Positions 37,043 to 47,376 of a stretch of DNA of 64,000 nt are shown piece after piece. The notes beneath the pieces were generated by a model. The model saw only the letters and a list, made by a program, of their open reading frames with translations. It did not search any database and had not been told where the DNA came from. This DNA comes from a virus. Lineage: Duplodnaviria; Caudoviricetes. Location: IMG/VR virus record IMGVR_UViG_3300042282_000085; one strand, 5' to 3'. How positions within the stretch are numbered: the first letter of the stretch is position 1; each line of letters starts with the position of its first letter. Position numbers and translations under genes: made by a program.

Positions 37043-37432
37043 TTAATATCCTCTCACCGTTATTGGTATCTGCTTATCTGTATCCAAGATAACAATCTCA
37101 GGTACCTCTGACTCTGTTAGAATCGCCCTTACACCGTTTGCGTGCCACTCAACCGGATCATCCGGATGCACGTAGTTACAGTCAGCTTTACGACACGCCC
37201 ATCCAATGTACCGTAAAGTTAAAGTTTCTGTTACAGTGTCCCCTATCCACCATGTGCCTTCCGCATCCACCATCCAGTAACTGTCTGTGTAATCTGCGAT
37301 TGGATAACTATACACTGACCGACCTAGTAGTCCAGCAAACAGGTTACGCCGTATACGGTGGTATTCCGCCATAGCGCGGGTAACACCAGTCGATCGTACA
37401 GCGTTAACATAACGACCATCTTTGATATACAT
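37043..37432 (-). CDS. Hypothetical protein
   Basis: 129-aa ORF in the early operon. Confidence 0.55.
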   Translation of the reverse strand: MYIKDGRYVNAVRSTGVTRAMAEYHRIRRNLFAGLLGRSVYSYPIADYTDSYWMVDAEGTWWIGDTVTETLTLRYIGWACRKADCNYVHPDDPVEWHANGVRAILTESEVPEIVILDTDKQIPITVRGY

Positions 37433-37442
37433 GCTAACCCCC

Positions 37443-37559
37443 TTATAATGGAAGGCGATCTACGGCATCTGCCAGGCCGTACATTGCAATTATAAAGAGT
37501 AAGACAAACAGTGCCTTGACAGATTCCGGGACACGTGAAACGAGTCGTTTAACGTTCAT
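37443..37559 (-). CDS. 38-aa single-pass membrane peptide
   Basis: MNVKRLVSRVPESVKALFVLLFIIAMYGLADAVDRLPL with an AAGGAG RBS; below the ORF-track length cut-off. Confidence 0.55.
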   Translation of the reverse strand: MNVKRLVSRVPESVKALFVLLFIIAMYGLADAVDRLPL

Positions 37560-37692
37560 TCGTCTCTCCTTTAACAATCCTGCGCTGCATGCGCTTTAAA
37601 CGAAAGCACAGGTCGGAATGTGACCCCTGTGCCATTAACACCTCACGCGCTTCCCGCAGGAGGGCGATCAGTTCTTTTTGGTCCTTCGGCAT
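37549..37692 (-). CDS. 47-aa hypothetical peptide
   Basis: MPKDQKELIALLREAREVL... with a GAGGAGG RBS, overlapping both neighbours. Confidence 0.5.
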   Translation of the reverse strand: MPKDQKELIALLREAREVLMAQGSHSDLCFRLKRMQRRIVKGETNER

Positions 37693-37871
37693 TTTGCAGC
37701 CTCCTCTAAATTGTCTAACCACCAGTCATAGCGCAGCTGTAGCAAATCCACCTCATGCTGTACCATTGAGGTGACGTCACCACCTAAATAAATAACTCTG
37801 TCACCGTCCACTCCACAATGTAAGCGGTGGAGGTCTTCTTTTAACGTGACAGGTAGATCTACGTTACGCAC
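37668..37871 (-). CDS. Small hypothetical early protein
   Basis: AAGGAG RBS and GTG start. Confidence 0.5.
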   Translation of the reverse strand: MRNVDLPVTLKEDLHRLHCGVDGDRVIYLGGDVTSMVQHEVDLLQLRYDWWLDNLEEAAKCRRTKKN

Positions 37872-38129
37872 ACCCTATCTCCTTAATCTGTATCATATGT
37901 TACTCCGTTAGTGACACGCTGACCGTTTAGCCATTACGGTAAGCTCCTTGATCCGTCCGCCCCCGGCCAAGGGGCGGACCCCTATGCCCTTACTCGATAT
38001 CCTATGTAAGTGTCCTGCATCATTTACATTTCCTTTTCGTTTAGAGGACATGTCGTTGAGATGTCCTCTCTTTTTATATACCTCACTGGCGTCCGTTAGG
38101 GACGCACTTTATGCCGCCTATACGTATCG

Positions 38130-38139
38130 GTAATATAGG
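38130..38139 (-). promoter_or_regulatory. Early promoter motif CCTATATTAC for the orn/AAA/NUDIX operon
   Basis: Exact copy of the motif in a divergent intergenic region. Confidence 0.72.
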
Positions 38140-38208
38140 TTTACGTTAATATTCAAAAGCAGTTACTTAGGCCGATGCTATAGATTCCCTTAAGTACCAA
38201 GGTAGACT

Positions 38209-39996
38209 ATGAACACATTACTTATGCAAAATGACGCTGTCGCCCAGGCGAAGTCTACACTGTCTAGGCTCCACGCGGCAGTAGGTCGTACCAGTACCCT
38301 ATCCCTCAGTGGCGCGTTAGTACCACGCGTGGTACTGGCAAAACTGGTATCCCGTCTCAAAGGGTTAAAACTTTTGCCCTGCCCTGAACTCGAAACCCAT
38401 TTAGTCGCCATCGGTAATGGTATCGATAAAGAAGCCCTTTATACCGTACCCTATATCGGTGCCCGTGTTACAGTAGAGCTCTATGGCATACTGGAAATCA
38501 GTGAGCGCATTGAGACTCTACTGGCTAATAAACAGTCTGCTACCGATAACCGATGGTATTTGCCCATTGGCCGACTCCACCCGCTATCCGTTGAGGTGTG
38601 GATCTACACAGACGTCGAGAACCGTGTACGCGTAGAGTACGTAGACGGGGAGACACGTACGCCGTTTAATGGGACGTTAGGTGACTGGTGTAAGACCATT
38701 TCACCGGCACCACCCACGACATCCAATGTACTGCCGCCTCACCCGACTGGTTCACCTGCGATGGAAGCACGGGGTGAGTCCACCTATGTGAATATAAAAG
38801 CGGTGTACGATGAGTATTGTAAGTCGGTAACCTTCGACCGACGATGGGGTAAGCTCACCCTAACGACGATTCGGGCCTTTGAAGGTCGTGATGAGGAACA
38901 CATTAATTTCCTAGGGGGAAATCTGGTAGGTGTTTATCGGTTACACTGGCGTGCCGATGATGCATCAGAGTGGTATGAGCGACTGCGTATCGATGACGTA
39001 CGTAGCCTGAAACAGGATTTCCACGACCTTCCGACCATTAACCCTGACTTCCATGTCGTGGGGAACCCGATAAACGCAAGTTTCCTATACGCAGTGCACC
39101 GGGTACTGACCGGTGATCTACCCGAACGCGAGCGTACAGAGGTTGCGGTGGCAATCCTTGCACACATGCATTACCAGTTCCTATCCTCCCTACTGTACCA
39201 CCAATTCCCGTACCGGGCACAAGAGGCGATTGCACTGGCACTGTATGACTCTTTGAGTCGTAAATCTATGCTGAAGCAGTACCATACCTGGGGTAACCTT
39301 GTACGGGCGCGGTCGGAAGACATTATCAGTAAGGGTAGCATTCATTACCAGACCCTAATTGACTTTTCAGATGACGAGAAGATCATTTACGCTATCAGTG
39401 ACATCCAGTCTCGTATCCGTGAGGTCGTTAAGAAGTTAAAGTCTGAGTACATGCGTCTACGGGATCAGGATGCACGGGTCATGTCACAGGGCTCTACCTT
39501 AGTGACCCGAGAGGGTGAGACGGTGTTGCGGGAGTTTGAGAATAAAGCCGCCGGGCTGCAACGTGCGCTTAAGGATATCATACTGGATCCCCAGGACCTT
39601 ATTCGCAATGAGGTGCTAGAGAGTACCTTGAAGATGGTCACTACCGCAGATGAACGGTATCTGCGTACCGCACTCCTTTATCTATCCGACGCGATGGGTA
39701 GCAAGGAACGGGCCTCCGTTGAGGCCTTGGTCGATGCGTTAGTAATCTTTATCCAGGGGTATTTGCGTCGTGCACCGGCTAGTGAACGTACCCTTATTCA
39801 TGTGGTCATGAAAGTGCGTAACCTGATGCGCTCCTCACAGCTTGCCGCCTCGGACGCCATTGCCTTACGTAGCCTGACGGCCGATCTTATAGAAAAGGCA
39901 TTGGAAAAACGTAACACTACGGTGCAGGCCTCTACCCGTATTGCAGTCTTAGTTTACCTAACCATTCGCCTACTCACCCTTAATCATTTCAAATAA
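38209..39996 (+). CDS. Conserved phiKZ-like virion protein (gp32-like) with an N-terminal extension
   Basis: HINFLGGNLVGV, INPDFHVVGNPIN and LKQYHTWG motifs; Pro-rich linker ending in A-M-E near residue 186. Confidence 0.6.
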   Translation: MNTLLMQNDAVAQAKSTLSRLHAAVGRTSTLSLSGALVPRVVLAKLVSRLKGLKLLPCPELETHLVAIGNGIDKEALYTVPYIGARVTVELYGILEISERIETLLANKQSATDNRWYLPIGRLHPLSVEVWIYTDVENRVRVEYVDGETRTPFNGTLGDWCKTISPAPPTTSNVLPPHPTGSPAMEARGESTYVNIKAVYDEYCKSVTFDRRWGKLTLTTIRAFEGRDEEHINFLGGNLVGVYRLHWRADDASEWYERLRIDDVRSLKQDFHDLPTINPDFHVVGNPINASFLYAVHRVLTGDLPERERTEVAVAILAHMHYQFLSSLLYHQFPYRAQEAIALALYDSLSRKSMLKQYHTWGNLVRARSEDIISKGSIHYQTLIDFSDDEKIIYAISDIQSRIREVVKKLKSEYMRLRDQDARVMSQGSTLVTREGETVLREFENKAAGLQRALKDIILDPQDLIRNEVLESTLKMVTTADERYLRTALLYLSDAMGSKERASVEALVDALVIFIQGYLRRAPASERTLIHVVMKVRNLMRSSQLAASDAIALRSLTADLIEKALEKRNTTVQASTRIAVLVYLTIRLLTLNHFK

Positions 39997-40007
39997 GAGT
40001 ATCCCTC

Positions 40008-40379
40008 ATGAGTTGTTTACCGGATAAATGTCTCTGTAATAAGACCTCCCTTACGGCATTGCTGGATCCCGGCAAAATCGACAGTGAAAACTTCGCCTAT
40101 ACCCTGACCTGTGCCTTAACTGACTTCAATAACACCATCATGGAAGTGAAGCCTCTCCCCCAGTCGGTGAATGAGGCGAATCTTCATACCACAATTGTAG
40201 AGCTGTTGAAACCCACGCTGAATGCCCATAACTGGGACATCAGTGTAGAGGTGGCAGGCCCATATAGCTGGGCTGTAACCACTTGGCCCCTTCAGGCGGT
40301 TACAGAAGAAGGGTGCCTGTGTCAGCTTTCGTGGGACGTTAACCTTATCTGTATTAAACGGGTGAAGAAAAATACATGA
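40008..40379 (+). CDS. Hypothetical Cys-containing protein
   Basis: 123-aa ORF coupled (ATGA) to the next gene. Confidence 0.55.
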   Translation: MSCLPDKCLCNKTSLTALLDPGKIDSENFAYTLTCALTDFNNTIMEVKPLPQSVNEANLHTTIVELLKPTLNAHNWDISVEVAGPYSWAVTTWPLQAVTEEGCLCQLSWDVNLICIKRVKKNT

Positions 40380-40846
40380 TCTCGACTAAATGGACAGAGC
40401 GATTTGTGGAGCTAAGTCGTCACGTCGCTACCTGGTCAAAGGACCCCTCAACGCAGGTAGGCGCACTGTTAGTGAACATGGATAAGAATGTACTGGCGTT
40501 GGGGTACAATGGGTTTCCACGGGGGATGGATGATACTCCAGCCTTTTACCATGACCGGGCTTTTAAGTACAAACACATCTTGCATGCAGAAACGAATGCC
40601 TGTTTAAATGCACTCTCCAGTGGCAGCCGGGTAGAGGAAAGCATTCTGTTTGTAACCCACCCGCCGTGTACCCATTGCACAGGGGTAATCAAACAGGCCG
40701 GTGTCGTTGCCTGCATCTTTCCAATGCCCGATGATGACTTCCTCAGTCGCTGGCCGTTAGACGACACGATTGATCACTTCAAGCGCGTGAAGTTAGGGCT
40801 GGCAATGTGGGATGGTTATAACCTGGTATGGCTACACAGCATATAA
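40376..40846 (+). CDS. dCMP deaminase
   Basis: SKDPSTQVGA, GYNGFPRG, HAE and PCTHC zinc motifs. Confidence 0.93.
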   Translation: MISTKWTERFVELSRHVATWSKDPSTQVGALLVNMDKNVLALGYNGFPRGMDDTPAFYHDRAFKYKHILHAETNACLNALSSGSRVEESILFVTHPPCTHCTGVIKQAGVVACIFPMPDDDFLSRWPLDDTIDHFKRVKLGLAMWDGYNLVWLHSI

Positions 40847-40850
40847 CACG

Positions 40851-40884
40851 AATACTCCACTCCCCACCCGGGGAGTGGAGTATT
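40851..40884. terminator. Bidirectional terminator hairpin
   Basis: AATACTCCACTCCCC/GGGGAGTGGAGTATT between convergent genes. Confidence 0.8.
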
Positions 40885-40888
40885 ATTA

Positions 40889-43027
40889 TTAATAGCCTCT
40901 ATTTCGCAACACCGCCCCTCGTAAGCTGTTTGTCTTGCGCTTGGACTCTTTGACCTGCTCTAAAATACTGTCCATTGACATGGCGCTACCGCCATCCACC
41001 TCCGTACGCGCAACCAACCGTTTAAGGTTTGCTTCAATACGAATACGTTCTGCCGGACTATCTGCGTCTTTAAGCTGTTCCTTAAGGTCTTCAATCTCTA
41101 ATCTAAGTTTAGCCTGCTCACCCCGTTTAACGGCATCCTCTTCTGACAGAGTTGCCCCGTCGTCCGATACCAATGACATTACGTCCCGGGTATCCAAGCC
41201 GTATTCATCCAAGTGGCGTCCGTGGGATAGGAACCAGTGCCCCAATAACCACCCCATGACCAAATCATCGTGGCCCCCTTCTGGATGGTCCACCCGCCCA
41301 TTGCGGGTAACCAATCCCCGTATCTCAGAGGACAGGGTGCGGTCTCGCACTTTATGTGCGGTGGTCTTCGCCGCTTGCTGGAGGACTGTATCGTACAGAA
41401 ACGCCCTGCGGTTACCCGTGGTCATAAAGCCAAACTTACCTTTATGTCGTAAGTAGAACTCCTCCTTACGCTGACTCAAGGGACGACACAGCTCCTTGTA
41501 GTCTTCGGGGTACTCAGCCTTATTGTCAATCAATCGATTGTAAATGCGACGGAAGGGGTCAACACCGTACGTCGGTAGTTTCGCAATCAAATAGTCCAAG
41601 ATGCCCTGTGCTGAGGATTTGTTCTCGATCATCAGGATGGTTTTTGGGAACCGCACCATGAGCTGTAATAACCATTCTGCATAACGGTACAGGTTAGCCT
41701 CTGAAATATCGGAGGCTGCGGTAATCGAAAGGTCACGACTATCGAGTACCGCAAGTCCATTGCTATCGCGCCCTACGGCGTTCGAGCTATCCAGTGATAA
41801 GATGTGCCAATGGCTCTCCATCACCCGTGTAATGTCCGCATGTGGGTGGTACCACCGAAGTATGTAGTTGTTACTACTACGCTCAATATAAAGCGGATCC
41901 ATCTCAGATAAGGCGATGGCTTGGTTTAACTGTATAGAGAGAGGCGAACTCTCCGTACCACTGGTCCAGATATTGAAGAAGTCACGGTTTGCCAAGTCTT
42001 CAGATGCACGGGCGTTATCGATCGCTTCTCGTAACCACTCGTCCGTTTTACCCAACTGACGGTGACTAAAGGTACCGTTAATCATGGGACTGTTTGAGGT
42101 AGAGTTAGCTTTAATAACCCGCACTAGATCCTCAATGTTCACACAGTCGTACAGGCATTCATTCCAGTACATGCCATTATGTACAAGGTTATAAGCAAAA
42201 CGTCCTTCTTTCGTATCCTTACGACCCGCTGTCGTGGTAAAGATGTTCCCATAGAGTCCTCGTGCCATCTTCGCATTCTCACGCGCCGCTGTAGCCGCCG
42301 CCAGTGCAACCGGCAAGGAGATGTGGATGTTCGGGATGTAGGGTAGCTCGTCCGCTTGGAGTATAGCCGCCGTCAAACCACGACCCAGGTTATCCGCCCC
42401 CTCACGCGACTTCTGTCCCACTGCGGTGAGGTATTCATTGGAGCGCTCAACCATGGTAATGATTTCGGTGTTATCCGCATCGTTACGGGTTGTCGGATTA
42501 AGGTAATTCGGCAATTGATCGCGTATGGCCTTTATACGGGCGACGTTCTGTCGACGTAGGGGATGGTCCTTGGTAATAAGCTGTACTTTGGTACTCCACG
42601 CCATCATGGCCAGGATAATGACCATGAGTACATCTGTGGATGCCGATTTACCGGTCTGACGCGGTTGAATGAGTGCATAATCGATGTGGTTGAAGAAGCA
42701 CCACATCATGGAGATATTGCCGCGATTAGCCTTAAAGGGTATAGGGGCAGGACCACCCTGTGGCGGCAAGCGAATTACCTCACGTACAACGTACCAAGGG
42801 TTCCACTGACATTCAGTGGCAATCGCGACCTTCGTTTCAAAATCCAAATTAGGGTCATGGGGATTTATGCCTTGCAGTGCGGGATTTAACAACGATAGGT
42901 GAAACGCATGGTTCTCAACCCCCATCTCACGGTAGACCGCTGCTAGACGTAAGAAGGACTCGTTTGTCGTGCGAGTATCTGCAATGGCGGTACCGTATCG
43001 GTTCCAATCAGATTTGAACAAAATCAT
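40889..43027 (-). CDS. terL: Terminase large subunit (phiKZ gp25-like)
   Basis: QPRQTGKS Walker A, LQADE Walker B, TTTAG motif III; nuclease motifs LDSSNAVGRD and HDDLVMGW. Confidence 0.93.
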   Translation of the reverse strand: MILFKSDWNRYGTAIADTRTTNESFLRLAAVYREMGVENHAFHLSLLNPALQGINPHDPNLDFETKVAIATECQWNPWYVVREVIRLPPQGGPAPIPFKANRGNISMMWCFFNHIDYALIQPRQTGKSASTDVLMVIILAMMAWSTKVQLITKDHPLRRQNVARIKAIRDQLPNYLNPTTRNDADNTEIITMVERSNEYLTAVGQKSREGADNLGRGLTAAILQADELPYIPNIHISLPVALAAATAARENAKMARGLYGNIFTTTAGRKDTKEGRFAYNLVHNGMYWNECLYDCVNIEDLVRVIKANSTSNSPMINGTFSHRQLGKTDEWLREAIDNARASEDLANRDFFNIWTSGTESSPLSIQLNQAIALSEMDPLYIERSSNNYILRWYHPHADITRVMESHWHILSLDSSNAVGRDSNGLAVLDSRDLSITAASDISEANLYRYAEWLLQLMVRFPKTILMIENKSSAQGILDYLIAKLPTYGVDPFRRIYNRLIDNKAEYPEDYKELCRPLSQRKEEFYLRHKGKFGFMTTGNRRAFLYDTVLQQAAKTTAHKVRDRTLSSEIRGLVTRNGRVDHPEGGHDDLVMGWLLGHWFLSHGRHLDEYGLDTRDVMSLVSDDGATLSEEDAVKRGEQAKLRLEIEDLKEQLKDADSPAERIRIEANLKRLVARTEVDGGSAMSMDSILEQVKESKRKTNSLRGAVLRNRGY

Positions 43028-43088
43028 ACCGAATATCCTTAAAGGTAAAGTTAACTAATAGATTCAATCGCACGGTACCTTTTAAAGA

Positions 43089-43123
43089 TACTCTCCCTAT
43101 CCCCAGTGGGGATAGGGAGAGTA
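43089..43123 (-). terminator. Terminator hairpin
   Basis: TACTCTCCCTATCCCC-agt-GGGGATAGGGAGAGTA. Confidence 0.75.
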
Positions 43124-43128
43124 TGGTG

Positions 43129-44796
43129 TTAAATGTCGTTTTCGATAGACAGTGGCGTAATCCCCACTACCTTTTCACGGCCGTTCGCAATAACCAACCA
43201 GACGATGTTCAGTGGCCACGCACGGTCCCATTCGCGGTCCACTCCCAAGCGGAACGTTTGATTCCAGTCGTCTACGGAGTAAGTGCCAATTTCCCAGTCA
43301 CCTTTGTCCCCACCATTCTCTAAACGGAAATGGGTTGGCGTGGGGGCGGCATCCAGTAGCTGTGGGTCGTAAATTGGATCCATACTACTATAGAGCACAG
43401 ATAGCCAATCGTAGACCACCACCTGGTTACAGCTAATGTTGAACGGCTTCTCATCCAGTGAACTGGCCACCGCGTAGACATCATGTCCAAACTGCGTATA
43501 CCCGTCCCCCAGATAGTCAATGATCCAGTTATCCACCTCAGTGGCGTTGGGCGGGTTCAGAGTCAGCGTCACCTGTTGTGTATGGATGTGCCCAGGGTAT
43601 GCGCCCGGCATTACAGCATCCAAGTCCAGTGTAAGGTTAAGGATCTGTGTAATGCCAAATGAGAGTCCGTTAAAATCCCAACCGTTACTTTGTTTGACCG
43701 TAACGTGTTCGGTCACATCTAGGTTCAGTGTATATTCCACGTCCGTTAACCGCACACGCAGTTCGTATTGGGTTCCAGTCCAATACGGAATAACGTACAG
43801 TTTAAACGCAAAACTCTGGCTGGTAGGTACGTTCGCCAGTTTATAGGTTTTACTGATCGAGGGCGTAGGTGTGCCCGACAGGTTAATCGATTGTTCCTGT
43901 GCACTCGGATAGTAGGTTAACACTACGTGGGTTGTAGGCCCTAACAAACTGGTGTTAAAGTTACTTAACCCATGGAGCTTTACCCGCACCCCGTCAATCG
44001 CATGGTCCTGGTAGTTCCCATCGCTATAGTGAACACGACAGGTCAACATGGACGTGTTAAAGGGTACGTTAAGTTGATTCTCAATCAGTAGCGGGTCATG
44101 GTCAGAGAGCAGGTGGGAAATAAGCTCTACGTCCTCTACATAGACGTTAGAGGCAGTAGGACCTGCAATCATGTTTGCATTGCGTACAATGAAACTATGC
44201 TCCCCACAGGCTCGACCTGCGGCATTGTAGATAATCGCGGTGACAATCTCACCGTCCTGTAGATCCTGGCTGGTATGGCAACGGGCTGGGCGTTTGAGCG
44301 TAGCGTTACCCTGAAACAAAGGTACAAGGTCTACAGACTCTGAAATAACCGCACCCCGACTGTCAACGGATTGAGAGATAACCGTGCCCTCTGGCGAGGT
44401 ATCGGTACCCAGATAGAGTTTCATCTGAGTCGCTTCACTACCGTATACCCGATACCGACTATCAATGGACAGGGTAAAGGGTTTGGTCATCTTATCAATA
44501 AAGATGCGGGTTGCAATATGGGGCTGGTAAAGTTTAAGCCCTTCGTGCAGGTTATCGGGATCTTTGATTTCATTCTCAAACCGAGCGGCCGGGTTAAAGG
44601 GTACCAGGGTAGGAATTGCGGTTACCGCATCCACCGCATCCACTCGATAGAAAAGGTCAAACCCGTCAAATACAATGTCCCCTACGTTAGGGACATATAG
44701 CGTATCGGACGTGTCAATGTTTTCACCCGTATACACCTCTCGCAAGGTCCATACGCGAAACCCTCGTTCAGGGTCCCGTCTGTATACAACTGACAT
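43129..44796 (-). CDS. Virion structural protein (phiKZ gp26-like)
   Basis: 555 aa; YRRDPERGFRVW...YVPNVGDIV start; position next to terL. Confidence 0.7.
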   Translation of the reverse strand: MSVVYRRDPERGFRVWTLREVYTGENIDTSDTLYVPNVGDIVFDGFDLFYRVDAVDAVTAIPTLVPFNPAARFENEIKDPDNLHEGLKLYQPHIATRIFIDKMTKPFTLSIDSRYRVYGSEATQMKLYLGTDTSPEGTVISQSVDSRGAVISESVDLVPLFQGNATLKRPARCHTSQDLQDGEIVTAIIYNAAGRACGEHSFIVRNANMIAGPTASNVYVEDVELISHLLSDHDPLLIENQLNVPFNTSMLTCRVHYSDGNYQDHAIDGVRVKLHGLSNFNTSLLGPTTHVVLTYYPSAQEQSINLSGTPTPSISKTYKLANVPTSQSFAFKLYVIPYWTGTQYELRVRLTDVEYTLNLDVTEHVTVKQSNGWDFNGLSFGITQILNLTLDLDAVMPGAYPGHIHTQQVTLTLNPPNATEVDNWIIDYLGDGYTQFGHDVYAVASSLDEKPFNISCNQVVVYDWLSVLYSSMDPIYDPQLLDAAPTPTHFRLENGGDKGDWEIGTYSVDDWNQTFRLGVDREWDRAWPLNIVWLVIANGREKVVGITPLSIENDI

Positions 44797-44805
44797 ACTG
44801 TCACC

Positions 44806-47376
44806 TTATGCTTTTACTACATTGAAGTAGGTATTAAAGACCAGCCGCTTGTGGAAATATAGTTCATTCAGTATCCGTAAGAACATGAACTCATCTTCCG
44901 TTACCTGTATCTGCTCATTCGCAGGACAGGGATGGACGTCGATCATGTTCCATTCCAGGTCTTCTGATAGAACATCACTCTCAAGCTCACCTAAGTACTC
45001 ATGCATGGCCACAACGGCGCCCCCACGACTCAGTCCGATGCGCGCTACGTCGATTACTTTATCACGAATACGCTGTACCGTACGGTATACGAAAGGACTG
45101 TGGATCGCGTGGGCATGTGTAATAAAGACCGGCACCTCTGTGTAGGGTCGCTCCAAGATGGGATAAAGCAAACGACTGGCGTCTGACTCTGACGTTTGGT
45201 CTAGCCCGTAGCGTACCAGTGCCCACTCTGACAGGGTCCGTACCGGTGTCTCTCGGTAGTAGAGTCCTCCTTCACGGATTGAAGGGGCAATGACCTGATC
45301 TGGACGCTCCGCTAAATCCCACTCATCCACTGACGAGAGTGTACCGTCCACCACGAGGGTATGGAAACGAAGATCACTGAAGCGAGTCGACTGCCCGTCC
45401 ACCATTCTACGGTTACGGACAAACCCTGACTCGGACCAATAATCGGTTTGATCGGGTAGACCGTAATGAAAGACCTGTACCCGTACACGATCGTTTAAAT
45501 GTCCTAGGTGGTATTCCTTAGCGTAGAGCTGAATGTTGGGGTAGTCTACTTTAAAGTCAATGCCCTCTACTAAACGCCGTCCATCCAGATAGATTTCTAG
45601 ATGTGAAAGACGTAACAGTGTGGCTGGACCTTCATCGACATAGATCGAGAATGGGTGGTAAAGGAGTTCAGGGTCTACCGACAGGTCACGGTAAATACTG
45701 TCACGGATTGAGCGACGCATCCGCTCATCGTTCTTATGATGATCCAGCCACGTTAAGGTACCTGTGGACTGATCCACGCTATAGTCGGTATCCAGGTAGG
45801 CCGGGTGCCATTCCTCACTCGGTACTGAACGCCAATAATACTGATCCCCAAACCAATCCGCCTGAGTAATGTAATCAGTATCCCGATCCATCCCATCGCC
45901 GGTTTCACGTCCATCCCCAGGAATACACCGTACCCGTTTAACCACTTCGCTTAACTGAACGCTACTACCGTAATTACCTTCGGGTACCTGCACGACTTCA
46001 ATCAGAACACCGTTTACATCATATCCCAAGACCATACAGCCGATGGTGGCTATCCAGGGCAAGCGGTAATTCCATTTATTTGAGCTTGCATTCCATACAA
46101 AGTGAGACTCGGGATAATGTCCCTCCAATACACGGCGGTTCACCTCATCGTAGCTATAGAGGCCTGCAAGCGTATCCAGTGAAAGGGATCCAGCAATGCC
46201 GTTCTGCCACTGCATGTAGGCAGACTGTTCCAACTGGGTGGGCTGCCAGCCTGTAAAGGTACTCGTCGTCCCCACCATTAGACTGCGACGGTATGTCTCA
46301 TCCACCCGATAGAGGTCCAGTGTATGCTGGCCATCGACCTGAGGGAACCGCTTTACCGCATCGGTGGTCTTACGGAAGAAGATTCTGAAGAAAGGCTCTA
46401 CCAACGGCAACGTGTCCCAATGCTCCTGAATCAAGGCCTCGACCCGACGACTATCTACCCCAAAATCTTGATGGGTAAGCTGTCGGATATCAGCATCTTG
46501 AATGCGACTAAAGAAGATACCCTTATAACGAGGATAACTCCCTACATTCGCCTGGCGCCCTACGAGATAAATATCGAGCTCATCGGCCGGTACCGCTTGC
46601 TCAGGGTCATCCAAGTTTAAAGACACCAGCCACTTATTGACCTGATCGAGTTCAGAATAGTAATGCATTAGGTCGTTGATGGGTAAATCCAGATACCCCA
46701 TCCCAGACTTATCCACATGCACGGCTAACGTATCGCCCGCCTGCAGTTCACTGACACTGATGTCGTTAACATAGTAGCCATTATGGAATAAGAGCTTATG
46801 ACCTTCTTCCTCTAGCCGCCATCGCGTAATAATGGGACCTGCGTCATCCACCACGTTTAGCTGTCCGCCCACATAGTTAATGGGCGTATCTAGATGCTGT
46901 CCCTGTTCCTGTAGCCAGTCATTTGAAAAGACTCGCAGATAAAGAGGCTGCTCCGTTTCCAGCAGTATCTCATTTATCTGCGCGTTAACCGCTAGGGTTA
47001 GCTGCATGCGTTCATTACGACGAATATAGATGCTGGACAAGGGGAGTTGTCGCTGTGCGATATGGACGTTGACCACCATTTCATTATCCCGGGCCACCTC
47101 GTCCAGACGAATCCAGCGTAGCATTTCCAAGCGACTGTACTCTAGCCCCAGAAAGGCACTGCTTTGTTGTCCAAAGCCATAGACCACGTAGCGGTTTGTA
47201 CTATCCGGTAAATAGTGGTCGGTATAGCCTAGATTAATGCGTACACGATCGCCCCGCAGGCGGTTAAACCGTGCGGGTACGATGGTGAAGTGTCGGTCAT
47301 CGTGTGGGTCAAACCACATTTCTTCTGCAGCGGCCTTAATAAGGTCCTGCTCAAACTGATTCGTCGGCATCTTCAA
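44806..47376 (-). CDS. Virion structural protein (phiKZ gp27-like)
   Basis: 856 aa; YLDGRRLVEGIDFKVDYP motif; synteny. Confidence 0.7.
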   Translation of the reverse strand: MKMPTNQFEQDLIKAAAEEMWFDPHDDRHFTIVPARFNRLRGDRVRINLGYTDHYLPDSTNRYVVYGFGQQSSAFLGLEYSRLEMLRWIRLDEVARDNEMVVNVHIAQRQLPLSSIYIRRNERMQLTLAVNAQINEILLETEQPLYLRVFSNDWLQEQGQHLDTPINYVGGQLNVVDDAGPIITRWRLEEEGHKLLFHNGYYVNDISVSELQAGDTLAVHVDKSGMGYLDLPINDLMHYYSELDQVNKWLVSLNLDDPEQAVPADELDIYLVGRQANVGSYPRYKGIFFSRIQDADIRQLTHQDFGVDSRRVEALIQEHWDTLPLVEPFFRIFFRKTTDAVKRFPQVDGQHTLDLYRVDETYRRSLMVGTTSTFTGWQPTQLEQSAYMQWQNGIAGSLSLDTLAGLYSYDEVNRRVLEGHYPESHFVWNASSNKWNYRLPWIATIGCMVLGYDVNGVLIEVVQVPEGNYGSSVQLSEVVKRVRCIPGDGRETGDGMDRDTDYITQADWFGDQYYWRSVPSEEWHPAYLDTDYSVDQSTGTLTWLDHHKNDERMRRSIRDSIYRDLSVDPELLYHPFSIYVDEGPATLLRLSHLEIYLDGRRLVEGIDFKVDYPNIQLYAKEYHLGHLNDRVRVQVFHYGLPDQTDYWSESGFVRNRRMVDGQSTRFSDLRFHTLVVDGTLSSVDEWDLAERPDQVIAPSIREGGLYYRETPVRTLSEWALVRYGLDQTSESDASRLLYPILERPYTEVPVFITHAHAIHSPFVYRTVQRIRDKVIDVARIGLSRGGAVVAMHEYLGELESDVLSEDLEWNMIDVHPCPANEQIQVTEDEFMFLRILNELYFHKRLVFNTYFNVVKA

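Noticed and set aside
19961-43027. Inteins or introns in nrdA, nrdB or the terminase
   Set aside because: Lengths and motif spacing are normal, and no intein termini or intron cores were seen.
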